DNA of 64,000 nucleotides from Maliponia aquimaris (GTDB lineage Bacteria; Pseudomonadota; Alphaproteobacteria; Rhodobacterales; Rhodobacteraceae), in NCBI RefSeq assembly GCF_900184945.1, contig NZ_FXYF01000009.1, positions 94,174 through 158,173 of the forward strand, in the 5' to 3' direction. Below the pieces are notes generated by a model that was not told the origin of the DNA, made no database searches, and saw only the letters and a program-made list of their open reading frames with translations. Below, one piece after another: positions 54,721 to 63,487 of the stretch. Both the position numbers and the translations under genes were made by a program. Each line of letters begins with the position of its first letter. Position 1 is the first letter of the stretch.

Positions 54721-55180
54721 GCCCGCGGAAGCGCTTGTCGATACGCAATTCGAATTCATCACCTTTTCGGCCGGCGGCCAGAGCTACTGCCTGGAGATCA
54801 CCCAGATCCGCGAGATCCGCCGCTGGACCCCGGTCACCGCCCTGCCGCACACCCCGGACGACGTGCTGGGAGTGATGAACCTGCGCGGGGCGGTGATCCC
54901 GATCTTTGACCTCTCGGCGCGCTTCGGCCTGGGCCGCACCCCGGCGAACGAACGCAACGTGGTGATCGTCGCCGCGGTGGAGGGGGCCACCATCGGGTTG
55001 CTGGTGGAGTCGGTGTCGGAAATCCTGTCGGTGGAAAAAGGCGCCATCCAGGAAACCCCGGACATCAAGTCCGAGGCGACGCGCAACAGCATCCTGGGCA
55101 TGATCTCGGTGGATGACGCCATGGTGCGCGTGGTCAACCTGGGCGCGGTGATCGACTCCGGGAAAGGCCTGCCTTCATGA
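54713..55180 (+). CDS. cheW: Chemotaxis coupling protein CheW
   Basis: CheW-like domain (FITFSAGGQSYCLEITQIREI ... VMNLRGAVIPIFDL). Overlaps the cheA stop. Confidence 0.85.
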   Translation: MAEPAEALVDTQFEFITFSAGGQSYCLEITQIREIRRWTPVTALPHTPDDVLGVMNLRGAVIPIFDLSARFGLGRTPANERNVVIVAAVEGATIGLLVESVSEILSVEKGAIQETPDIKSEATRNSILGMISVDDAMVRVVNLGAVIDSGKGLPS

Positions 55181-56058
55181 GCACGCCGCCGCCGGGCGCC
55201 TTCATGCGCGACATTCCCTTCAGCGACGCGGATTTCCGGGCCATCGCGGAACTGGCGCAGGCCCGCTTTGGCCTCAACCTCGCCGAAAGCAAGAAGCCGC
55301 TGGTCTATTCCCGCCTCTCGCGGCGGTTGAAGTCGCGGCAGGTGACCAGCTTTTCCGACTACCTTGCGCTGCTCAACCGGCGCGACGAGGAAGCCGAGCG
55401 GCTGGAGCTGATCTCGGCCCTGACGACCAATGTCACCAGCTTTTTTCGCGAAAGGCACCATTTCGACACGCTGCGCGAGGCACTGGCCGGCGACCTCGGC
55501 AAACGCGCGCGCGACGGCGGCCGGGTGCGGATCTGGTCGGCCGGGTGTTCCTCGGGCCAGGAGCCCTATTCGATCGCGATGACGGTGCTGGAGGCGGTCC
55601 CCGAGGCCGCGCGGCTGGACCTGCGGATCCTCGCCACCGACATCGACCCCAAGATCGTCGAGAAGGCCCGCGCCGGGGCGTACCCGGCCGAGGAGGTCGC
55701 CGGCATCCCGGCCGGTCCGCGGGGAAAATGGCTGTCCGCCCTGCCCGGCGACGAGACGCGCCATGCCGTGTCGGCGGACCTCAAGGCCCTGATCACCTTC
55801 AACGAGCTGAACCTGGTCAACAGCTGGCCGGTCAAGGGGCCTTTCGACGTCATCTTTTGCCGCAACGTGGCGATCTATTTCAGCCAGCAGACCCAGCAGA
55901 CGCTCTGGCAGAGGTTCATCGCGATGCTGCCACCCGGGGGCCTGCTGTTCATCGGTCATTCCGAGCGGGTCTCCGGCCCCGCCCTGCAAGACGTCCAGGG
56001 CGTCGGGATCACCAGCTACCGCAAGCTGCAAGGCGCGGCAAAGCCGCCGCTGCAATAG
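55177..56058 (+). CDS. cheR: Chemotaxis protein methyltransferase CheR
   Basis: CheR N-terminal helical domain and SAM-dependent MTase (ETSFFRE-like TTNVTSFFRERHHF; IWSAGCSSGQEPYSIA). Confidence 0.85.
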   Translation: MSTPPPGAFMRDIPFSDADFRAIAELAQARFGLNLAESKKPLVYSRLSRRLKSRQVTSFSDYLALLNRRDEEAERLELISALTTNVTSFFRERHHFDTLREALAGDLGKRARDGGRVRIWSAGCSSGQEPYSIAMTVLEAVPEAARLDLRILATDIDPKIVEKARAGAYPAEEVAGIPAGPRGKWLSALPGDETRHAVSADLKALITFNELNLVNSWPVKGPFDVIFCRNVAIYFSQQTQQTLWQRFIAMLPPGGLLFIGHSERVSGPALQDVQGVGITSYRKLQGAAKPPLQ

Positions 56059-56067
56059 GAGAGCAAG

Positions 56068-56454
56068 ATGGGATTGAAGGACCAACTCAGGGTCATGGTC
56101 GTCGACGACATGGCGACAAGCCGTGGCCTGATCACCCAGGCGCTCGATGACATCGGCGTCAAGAACTACGTCACCGAGAACGACGGCCGCGCCGCGCTGG
56201 AACGGATGGCGACGAACCCGGTGCACCTGGTGCTGTCGGATTTCAACATGCCCGGTCTCGACGGGCTGGGCCTGCTGAAGGCGGTGCGCAGCCATCAGGC
56301 GACGCAGAAGATCGGCTTTATCCTGGTGACGGGACGGCCGACACCGGAGATCGTCGCCGAGGCAAAGCGCCTGGGCCTGAACAACATGATCAAGAAGCCC
56401 TTTACCTCGGCCTCCATGAAGCAATGCATCGAAAGCGTGGTTGGGCGCCTATGA
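56068..56454 (+). CDS. cheY: Second CheY-like response regulator
   Basis: Receiver domain (VMVVDDMATSR ... LSDFNMP ... ILVTG ... IKKP). Confidence 0.85.
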   Translation: MGLKDQLRVMVVDDMATSRGLITQALDDIGVKNYVTENDGRAALERMATNPVHLVLSDFNMPGLDGLGLLKAVRSHQATQKIGFILVTGRPTPEIVAEAKRLGLNNMIKKPFTSASMKQCIESVVGRL

Positions 56455-56810
56455 GTTTCGGCACGGGGACCGTTCTGCCGCTGCGCGTCGCGACGCAGCG
56501 CGCATCGTCCGAACTGGAGGGGCTGTACATGCGCCTGGAACGGCTGGAGCGCGGGCTTGACGCGGTGCTGGTGGCGACGCCCGCGGCGCTGGACACCCAG
56601 TCCATCGGGATGTTGCAGGAGCTGGACATGCTGCGGCAGTCCATCGGCGCCCTGGCCGACTACCTTGGGCAGGTCGCGGCCGAGACCGGGTCCGACGGCC
56701 TGGTGAACACCGCCGATGCGCTCAGCGCCGTGCCCCTGCGCGACATGGCCGAGCGGCTGGGCGGCCGGCAGAAACCCGCCGCGGCGGCCGGCCATCCCGA
56801 ACTGTTCTGA
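56451..56810 (+). CDS. Hypothetical chemotaxis-operon protein (119 aa)
   Basis: ATGA overlap with cheY2. Predicted helical (LEGLYMRLERLERGLDAVL...). Sits between cheY2 and cheB. Confidence 0.45.
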   Translation: MSFGTGTVLPLRVATQRASSELEGLYMRLERLERGLDAVLVATPAALDTQSIGMLQELDMLRQSIGALADYLGQVAAETGSDGLVNTADALSAVPLRDMAERLGGRQKPAAAAGHPELF

Positions 56811-56866
56811 CACCGCGCGCGGCTGCTGTGCGCGGTGAGGTCGATTGTTGTCCAGGTGCCAGTCCC

Positions 56867-58054
56867 ATGAAGAAGACCGTCGTCATCGCCTCACCAGATG
56901 CCCGCCAGCGGACCCTGATGGAGCAGTTGGTGGACACTCTGCCGGAGTTCCGGATCGTCGCCCGGACCGCGGACCTGATGAACACCTACAACGAGGTCGA
57001 AGAGCGGCAACCGCAGGCTGTGCTGATCTCGGACGTGCTGGCGACGCTGCCCGAGTTCGAGGTCATGCGGGCGCTGTTCGCGACGCTGGACGTGCGCTGG
57101 CTGGTGATGACCTCCGCGCATCGCAGCGGCGGCGTGGCTGGCGGCAAACAGGTCTTTGGCGGCCGCGAAGCCGGGTCGGACCTGTTTTCGATCGGCGCGG
57201 ACGCCTCTGACGAGGCATTTGCCCAGCAGATGTACGCCCTGACCCGCACCGAACGGCGCGCCGTGCCGGCCGCGACGCCGGACGCGACACCGGACATGGC
57301 CCCGCCACCCCGTGCCGCCGTGTCCACGCCGCGGCCTGCCGTCGCCGACCGGCTGGCCGCCGGCCCCGTGCAGCCGCTTTCGGCGCGCCGTTCGCCGGCC
57401 TTGGCGGCGGTCCCGGCGATGACGCGGCCGCCGCCTCCGGCCCCGGTGCCGCCGGAGGGTGAGGATCGGGTGATCCTGATCGGGGCGAGCACCGGGGGGG
57501 TCGATGCGCTGCTCACGGTGCTGTCGCGCTTTCCGGCCGACTGCCCGCCGACCCTCGTCGTGCAGCACACCGGGTCCGGTTTCGGCGAAAGCCTTGCCGG
57601 GCTGCTGAACCGGCAATGCCTGCCGCAGGTGCGGCTGGCGACCGGGACCGAGAGCGTGGGGCGCGGGCAGGTCCTGATCGGCGCCGGGACCAGGGCGCAC
57701 CTGGTCCTGCAAAAGGGATCGGCCACCCGGGCCTGCCTGCTGGAGGACGGGCCGGTTTCCGGGCACGTGCCCTCGGTGGACATGCTGTTTTACTCTGCCG
57801 TGCCCGTCGCGGCCCGGGTGACGGCGGCGCTGCTGACCGGCATGGGGCGCGACGGCGCGGCCGGGATGAAGGCGCTGTTCGATGCCGGGGCCTGCACCAT
57901 CGCCCAGGACCAGGCAAGCTGCGTCGTCTACGGCATGCCGCGGGCGGCGGTGGACTGCGGCGCGGTGCAAAGAGTGCTGCCTCTCGACCGGATCGGCGAT
58001 GCGCTGCTTGCCGCCCGGGCATCCGACAGACGCCATGGCAGGGAGTTGCACTAA
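56867..58054 (+). CDS. cheB: Chemotaxis protein-glutamate methylesterase CheB (N-terminal REC-like domain appears degenerate)
   Basis: C-terminal methylesterase domain (VILIGASTGGVDAL, HTGSGFGES, TGMGRDGAAG, CVVYGMP). Long Pro/Ala linker. N-terminal domain lacks an obvious DD pair. Confidence 0.8.
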   Translation: MKKTVVIASPDARQRTLMEQLVDTLPEFRIVARTADLMNTYNEVEERQPQAVLISDVLATLPEFEVMRALFATLDVRWLVMTSAHRSGGVAGGKQVFGGREAGSDLFSIGADASDEAFAQQMYALTRTERRAVPAATPDATPDMAPPPRAAVSTPRPAVADRLAAGPVQPLSARRSPALAAVPAMTRPPPPAPVPPEGEDRVILIGASTGGVDALLTVLSRFPADCPPTLVVQHTGSGFGESLAGLLNRQCLPQVRLATGTESVGRGQVLIGAGTRAHLVLQKGSATRACLLEDGPVSGHVPSVDMLFYSAVPVAARVTAALLTGMGRDGAAGMKALFDAGACTIAQDQASCVVYGMPRAAVDCGAVQRVLPLDRIGDALLAARASDRRHGRELH

Positions 58055-58590
58055 TGACAAAAGACCAGGAACAGGTGATCAACGTCGTGCAGGGGGAATT
58101 CAGCATATCCGAGCAGGCGGAGGTCATGCTCACGACGGTGCTGGGCTCCTGCATCGCCGTCTGCATGTTTGACCCGATGCGCCGGATCGGCGGCATGAAC
58201 CACTTTCTGTTGCCCAGCCGCGAGGGTGAGCACGTTGCCAACGTGCGCTACGGCGCCTACGCGATGGAGCTGCTGATCAACGGGCTGCTGCGGCAGGGCG
58301 CGGACCGGAGCGAACTGCGGGCCAAGATGTTCGGCGGGGCCAGCATGATGGGCAACCTGCGCGACATCGGCGCCTCGAACGCCGCCTTTGCGCGGAAATT
58401 CCTGTCCGACGAGGGGATCCCCTGCGTCGCGGAAAGCGTGGGCGGCACCTCGGCCCGGCGCATCCGCTTCTGGCCGACAACCGGGCGGGTGCGGCAGCTG
58501 ATGGTCTCGGGCGACGTGGCGGCGCTGCCGGTGGAAAAGCCCGCGCCGATCCCGCGCCCGAAACGTGCGGAGGAAATCACGCTTTTCTGA
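58054..58590 (+). CDS. cheD: Chemoreceptor glutamine deamidase CheD
   Basis: TVLGSCIAVCMFDP (catalytic Cys), NHFLLP, GGASMM: CheD signature. ATG overlaps the cheB stop (TAATG). Confidence 0.8.
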   Translation: MTKDQEQVINVVQGEFSISEQAEVMLTTVLGSCIAVCMFDPMRRIGGMNHFLLPSREGEHVANVRYGAYAMELLINGLLRQGADRSELRAKMFGGASMMGNLRDIGASNAAFARKFLSDEGIPCVAESVGGTSARRIRFWPTTGRVRQLMVSGDVAALPVEKPAPIPRPKRAEEITLF

Positions 58591-58673
58591 CCGGGCGTTC
58601 GGCGCTATCCCGACCTGCGGCGGTGCGGCGTCCCAAGGCAGGACCTCGCCCGCGCCCAGTCAGGAAGGCCGGA

Positions 58674-60800
58674 ATGCAGAACAGCGCACATCCCTTCACC
58701 CGTGACCTGGTGCTGATCGGCGGCGGGCACACGCATGCGCTGGTGCTGCGGATGTGGGGCATGAACCCGCTGCCCGGCACGCGGGTCACGGTGATCAACC
58801 CGGCACCGACCGCACCCTATTCGGGCATGTTGCCGGGCCACGTGGCGGGACACTACCTGCGGGACGCGCTGGAGATCGACCTGGTGCGGCTGGCGCGGTT
58901 CGCCGGGGCGCGGGTGGTCATCGGCGCGGCCACGGGGATCGACCGCGCCGCGCGGCTGATCCATGTCCCCGGGCGCCCGCCCGTCGCGTATGACATCGCG
59001 TCGATCGACATCGGCATCACCACGGACCTGCCCGACCTGCCCGGCTTTGCAGACCATGCCGTGCCGGCCAAGCCGCTTGATGCCTTTGCCACGGCCTGGC
59101 AGGCCTACCTGTCCGGGGACGGACCGGCCGAGGTGGCGGTGATCGGCGGCGGCGTGGCGGGGGCCGAGCTGGCGCTGGCCATGGGGCACGCCTTGCGCGC
59201 AAAGGGGCGGGCGGCGGTGATCCACCTGGTCGAGAAGGGCACCGCGCTGAGCGCCTTGCGCCCGGCCGCGGCACGGCGCCTGCGGCGCGGCCTGGCGGAG
59301 GCCGGTGTCTGCTTGCGCGAACAGGCCGAGGTCACGGCTGTCACCGCCGAAGGCCTGGCGCTGTCGGACGGGACGATCCACGCGGGCTTTGTCTGCGGGG
59401 CGGCGGGCGCACGGCCGCACCCCTGGCTGGCGGAGACCGGGCTGACCCATTCGGCAGGGTTCCTGACGGTGGACCCACAGCTGCGGACCTCGGACCCGCG
59501 CGTCTTTGCCGCCGGAGACTGCGCGCACATGGCCTATGCGCCGCGCCCCAAGGCCGGGGTCTACGCCGTCCGGCAGGCCCCGGTCCTGCACCGGAACCTG
59601 TTGGCCGCGCTGCGCGAAACCGGGCCGTTCAAGACGTACCGGCCACAGAGCGACTACCTCAAGCTGATCTCGCTGGGCGAAAAATCCGCGATGGGCGACC
59701 GCTTTGGCCTGACATTCTCAGGCCCCTGGGTCTGGCGCTGGAAGGACCGCATCGACCGCAGCTTCATGGACAAGTTCAAGCGCTTGCCGAAGATGGCCGC
59801 GCCCGCCCTGCCCCGGCCGCGCGCCGCCGGCAGCGCGGAGCTGGGCGACAAGGTGCTGTGCGGTGGCTGCGGCGCCAAGCTGGGCCAGGGCGCGCTGAAC
59901 GCCGCGCTGGGCTGCGGGCTGCTGCCGGGCGACGACGCGGCGGTCATCGAGATCGGCGGCGTGAACACCGTGCTCAGCACCGACCACCTGCGCGAGATGG
60001 AGGCCGATCCGGTGGTCATGACGCGGATCGCGGCGCAACACGCGCTGAGCGACATCTGGGCCATGGGCGCGCGGCCCCGGGCGGCGGTCGCCAGCGTGAT
60101 CCTGCCGCGCATGGCGCCGACTCTCGCCGCGCGCAGCCTGACCGAGATCATGACGGCGGCACGCGAGGTCATGGCGGAGGCCGGGGCCGAGATCGTCGGC
60201 GGCCACAGCTCGCAAGGGGCGGAACTGACGATCGGCTTTACCGTGACCGGGATATGCGAGGGCGCACCGATCCGCCTGTCCGGCGCCCGGCCGGGCGACG
60301 CGCTGATCCTGACCAAGCCGATCGGATCCGGCGTGGTCATGGCCGCCGAGATGGCCGGCACGGCGCGGGGCGACGAGGTGGCGGCGGTGCTGGAGGCGAT
60401 GCAGGTGTCGCAGGGGGCGGCCGCTGCGGTGTTGCGGGGGGCCCATGCGATGACCGATGTCACCGGCTTTGGCCTGCTGGGCCACCTGCGCAACATCTGC
60501 CTGAACTCCGGCACCGGCGCCGAGATCAAGCTGGAAGCCGTGCCGGTCCTGCCCGGGGCGCTGCGGCTGGCCGCGGAAGGCGTCCGCTCCAGTCTCTACC
60601 CTGACAATCGCGCGCCCTTCCCCGACCTGGCCGACACGCCCCGGCATGACCTGCTGATCGACCCGCAGACCTCCGGCGGCCTGCTGGCGGCGGTGCCCGG
60701 CGACCCGGCGGCGCTGTTGGCAGAGTTGGCGGCGGCGGGCTACGGCGCGGTCTGCATCGGCCGGATGACCGACGCGGCGGGTCAGATCCGGATCGTGTGA
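58674..60800 (+). CDS. selD: Bifunctional FAD-dependent pyridine-nucleotide-disulfide oxidoreductase-like domain / selenide, water dikinase SelD
   Basis: N-terminal ~370 aa Rossmann FAD/NAD fold (LVLIGGGHTHALV; VAVIGGGVAGAELA; AAGDCAH). C-terminal ~330 aa SelD/PurM-like with Cys in Gly-rich loop (VLCGGCGAKLG), AIR-synthase-related domains. Confidence 0.8.
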   Translation: MQNSAHPFTRDLVLIGGGHTHALVLRMWGMNPLPGTRVTVINPAPTAPYSGMLPGHVAGHYLRDALEIDLVRLARFAGARVVIGAATGIDRAARLIHVPGRPPVAYDIASIDIGITTDLPDLPGFADHAVPAKPLDAFATAWQAYLSGDGPAEVAVIGGGVAGAELALAMGHALRAKGRAAVIHLVEKGTALSALRPAAARRLRRGLAEAGVCLREQAEVTAVTAEGLALSDGTIHAGFVCGAAGARPHPWLAETGLTHSAGFLTVDPQLRTSDPRVFAAGDCAHMAYAPRPKAGVYAVRQAPVLHRNLLAALRETGPFKTYRPQSDYLKLISLGEKSAMGDRFGLTFSGPWVWRWKDRIDRSFMDKFKRLPKMAAPALPRPRAAGSAELGDKVLCGGCGAKLGQGALNAALGCGLLPGDDAAVIEIGGVNTVLSTDHLREMEADPVVMTRIAAQHALSDIWAMGARPRAAVASVILPRMAPTLAARSLTEIMTAAREVMAEAGAEIVGGHSSQGAELTIGFTVTGICEGAPIRLSGARPGDALILTKPIGSGVVMAAEMAGTARGDEVAAVLEAMQVSQGAAAAVLRGAHAMTDVTGFGLLGHLRNICLNSGTGAEIKLEAVPVLPGALRLAAEGVRSSLYPDNRAPFPDLADTPRHDLLIDPQTSGGLLAAVPGDPAALLAELAAAGYGAVCIGRMTDAAGQIRIV

Positions 60801-61840
60801 AGACGCTCGGCAAGCCGGTCGGCGAGATCGTCCAGCGATGCGGGATCCAGCGCCGCGGTCTCCTCGCGGTGCAGCACCTGCGGCGCGGTCGCGCGCATCG
60901 AGGTGCGGTATGCCGGATCGTAGTGATCCTCGGCCAGCGAGCGGCAGAGGGCCAGGCGGTCGCCATCGGCGATCAGCGTCTCCCAGGCGTCGACCAGCGC
61001 GTGGCCACGGTGAAAGCGCAGCGGCGCGAGCTTTGCCTTCAGCCGTTCGCCGTCGGCCAGGATATCCTCGTAGGCCTCGGCCAGGTAGCGCGCGCGTGCC
61101 TTCAGCGGGGCCGCGATCTCGACCCAGGGGGCGGTTTTCATCGCGTCCCAGAGCGCGGGCGGCAGGTTGATCTGGCCGATCTTGCTGCTTTCCGCCTCGA
61201 CCACGACCGGTCGCGCCGGATCGAGATGATGCAGGGCCTGCGCCAGGTCCGATTCGAATCCCTTCTGCGCCGGCTGCCCGCCCGGCATGTCCCCCAGCAG
61301 AGATCCGCGGTGCCGCGCCAGCCCTTCGAGGTCCAACACCTGAACGCCGCGTCGGGCCAGCCGCGGCAACAGGGCCGTCTTGGCGGTGCCGGTATAGCCG
61401 CCCAGTTGCACCAGCCGGTGCGGCAGCGGCATGTCGTAGAGACAGGCGGTCACCAGCCGGCGATAGGTGCGGTAGCCGCCCTGCACCACGTCGGCGCGCC
61501 AGCCGATCTCGCGCAGCATCCAGGTGAAGGCGCCGGACCTCTGCCCGCCGCGCCAGCAGTAGACCAGCGGCCGCCAGGCGCCGTCGTGATGCGACAGACG
61601 CTGCTCGATATGGTTGGCGGCGTTGCGGAACACCAGCGCGGCGCCCAGTTTGCGCGCCTTGAACGGGCTTTCCTGCTTGTAGATCGTGCCGACCCGGGCG
61701 CGTTCGTCGTTGTCGAGGACGGGCAGGTTGATGGCCCCGGGCACCCGGTCCTCGGCGAACTCGGCCGGGCTGCGGACGTCGATGACGGCGTCGAAGCCGT
61801 GCGTGTAGAAGGTATCGAGGCTGTCGGCGGCGAGGGTCAT
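60782..61840 (-). CDS. selU: tRNA 2-selenouridine synthase (SelU/MnmH)
   Basis: Rhodanese domain with active Cys (VYCWRGGQRSG), P-loop (GGYTGTAKT). Convergent with selD; 3' ends overlap by 19 bp. Confidence 0.8.
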   Translation of the reverse strand: MTLAADSLDTFYTHGFDAVIDVRSPAEFAEDRVPGAINLPVLDNDERARVGTIYKQESPFKARKLGAALVFRNAANHIEQRLSHHDGAWRPLVYCWRGGQRSGAFTWMLREIGWRADVVQGGYRTYRRLVTACLYDMPLPHRLVQLGGYTGTAKTALLPRLARRGVQVLDLEGLARHRGSLLGDMPGGQPAQKGFESDLAQALHHLDPARPVVVEAESSKIGQINLPPALWDAMKTAPWVEIAAPLKARARYLAEAYEDILADGERLKAKLAPLRFHRGHALVDAWETLIADGDRLALCRSLAEDHYDPAYRTSMRATAPQVLHREETAALDPASLDDLADRLAERLHTIRI

Positions 61841-61975
61841 TCCGACGGTCTATCCCGCCCCGTCGGGGTTGAAAAGCGCCCTGCACGGGTGGTTCGATTT
61901 CCGCTGCAAAACCCGCTGGACACCGGCTGAGACCTCGGCTAAACCGCCCGCACCCGAAGGACTTCCTTCTCCCGT

Positions 61976-62050
61976 GCCCGGGTAGCTCAGGGGTAGAGCA
62001 GTGGATTGAAAATCCTCGTGTCGGTGGTTCGATTCCGCCCCCGGGCACCA
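61976..62050 (+). tRNA. tRNA-Phe (anticodon GAA)
   Basis: GCCCGGG-TA-GCTC-AGGGGTAGA-GAGC ... anticodon loop TT-GAA-AAT ... GGTGG-TTCGATT-CCGCC-CCCGGGC-A-CCA. Closely resembles E. coli tRNA-Phe. Confidence 0.85.
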
Positions 62051-62140
62051 CTTCCTGAGCGCATCATGTGATTTCAACGGGTTGCATGTCGGTTCTGTCC
62101 CACCCGTTCGCACCGCCCCCAAAAGTGGGACACTTTCGTT

Positions 62141-62908
62141 CTAGTTCTGTCCATCTGTAAGCCTCCTGAGAGCGGACTCCGCGCGTGTCTTCTGTCGCGC
62201 TGCGCATGTGTAGCGCGTCACTTCTTTCAAGGTCCGGTGCCCGGTGATCGCCATGATCTCGAATTCCGTGCAGCCAAGTTCGGCCAGCCGCGCAGCCGCC
62301 GCCTTCCGCAACCCATGCAGGGGGCAATCTTCAAGCCCCGCTTCACGCGCCCACTTTCGGAATCGGTTGCCAAAGCTGCCCGCCGTCCAGGGCGTGCCAC
62401 GCTCGTTCACAAGATAGGTGAGATCGCCGGTTGGGGTTGCTTCGATGATCCGTTGAAGTTCGGGAATGATCGGAATTTCCATGCGCACAGGATTGCGGTT
62501 CCGCCCCTTGTGCTGAATGAAGGTCAGGCCCCGGCTTTCAGCCTCGATCTGGCGTTGCTGTCGGATCAGCTCAGCGAGGACCAATTCATTCGCCCCCGAC
62601 TTTCCAAGGGCACGCGCCTTCCCAATGGCCTCGCGATATTCCCAAAGAGACACGGGCGGGAATTCCAGGTTGCGATACCGCGCCTCAACGTATCAGCCAT
62701 CGTCCAGTTCGACCCAGATCACCGAAAGATCGCGAGGGTCATAGCGAACGACCACCTTTCTTTCCCCGCGCCCAACACGGCCTGCAAGGGCATCGGACCA
62801 GTGCCGTATCTCGAAGAGATGGATGCCGTCACGCCAGGCCTTGCGCAGTTCGCTGGGCAGGAAGCTCACCTGAAAGGCTTCAATCTCGAAGGGGATGTCG
62901 CCCATCAT
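62141..62908 (-). pseudogene. Tyrosine recombinase (phage integrase) remnant downstream of tRNA-Phe, interrupted by an in-frame TGA and N-terminally truncated
   Basis: C-terminal catalytic region (LHGLRKAAAARL, ITGHRTLKEVTRYT with catalytic Tyr) at 62141..62653. Same-frame upstream fragment 62693..62908 (..VIWVELDDG) separated by TGA at 62693..62695. Total length too short for an intact integrase. Confidence 0.6.
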
Positions 62909-63036
62909 CTCCGATGAGAGCGCCTCCCATTTGGTGACAGGGAAAGTGCGGCACTGCGCCTCTCTTGACGGTTCCGGGCGCGACTTCGACTGTGACCTTG
63001 CACAGGAAACGGACCAGAGGCTTCAAAGGGGGCACC

Positions 63037-63459
63037 ATGTCGTATCTCGATGCTCGGATCAAGGAACTGGCAACCGACACCGAACAGCACCTGCTGCGGT
63101 CCTCGCAGCCGCATGGGTGGCTCGGGTTGGTGAGGGCCATGCGGGCCGGGCGGCTGGCCTGGATATTCTGGATCAGCTGGGTGGTCCAGTTGGCGCTCTT
63201 CGTTCTGGCCGTAATCTGGGGGCTGCGCTTTTTCGCGGCGACCGATGCACTGGCGGCGCTGAAATCCGGCTTGCCCGCGACGACGGCGCTGATCCTGGCG
63301 GTGCAGATCAAGACCAGCATGGCGCCGCATCTTCACAGCGAACGCATCCTGCGCGCCCTCAAACGTATCGAGATCCTGGTCCTGGCGCGGCACGAAATCG
63401 AAGCGCAGGCCGGGGCCGATCCGTCTGCGGCGATGCAAACCACCGAGGGCGACAGCTGA
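63037..63459 (+). CDS. Hypothetical membrane protein
   Basis: Start at MSYLDARIKEL. Two hydrophobic helices (LAWIFWISWVVQLALFVLAVIWGL; TTALILAVQI). No family assignment. Confidence 0.45.
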   Translation: MSYLDARIKELATDTEQHLLRSSQPHGWLGLVRAMRAGRLAWIFWISWVVQLALFVLAVIWGLRFFAATDALAALKSGLPATTALILAVQIKTSMAPHLHSERILRALKRIEILVLARHEIEAQAGADPSAAMQTTEGDS

Positions 63460-63487
63460 TGCAATTCGCCTCACCGAGGCGGCGCGG

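Noticed and set aside
62693-62695. In-frame TGA in the integrase as selenocysteine (selD is present)
   Set aside because: No SECIS-like structure follows the TGA. No selA or selB in the window. The gene is also N-terminally truncated, so a nonsense mutation in a decaying gene is the simpler reading.
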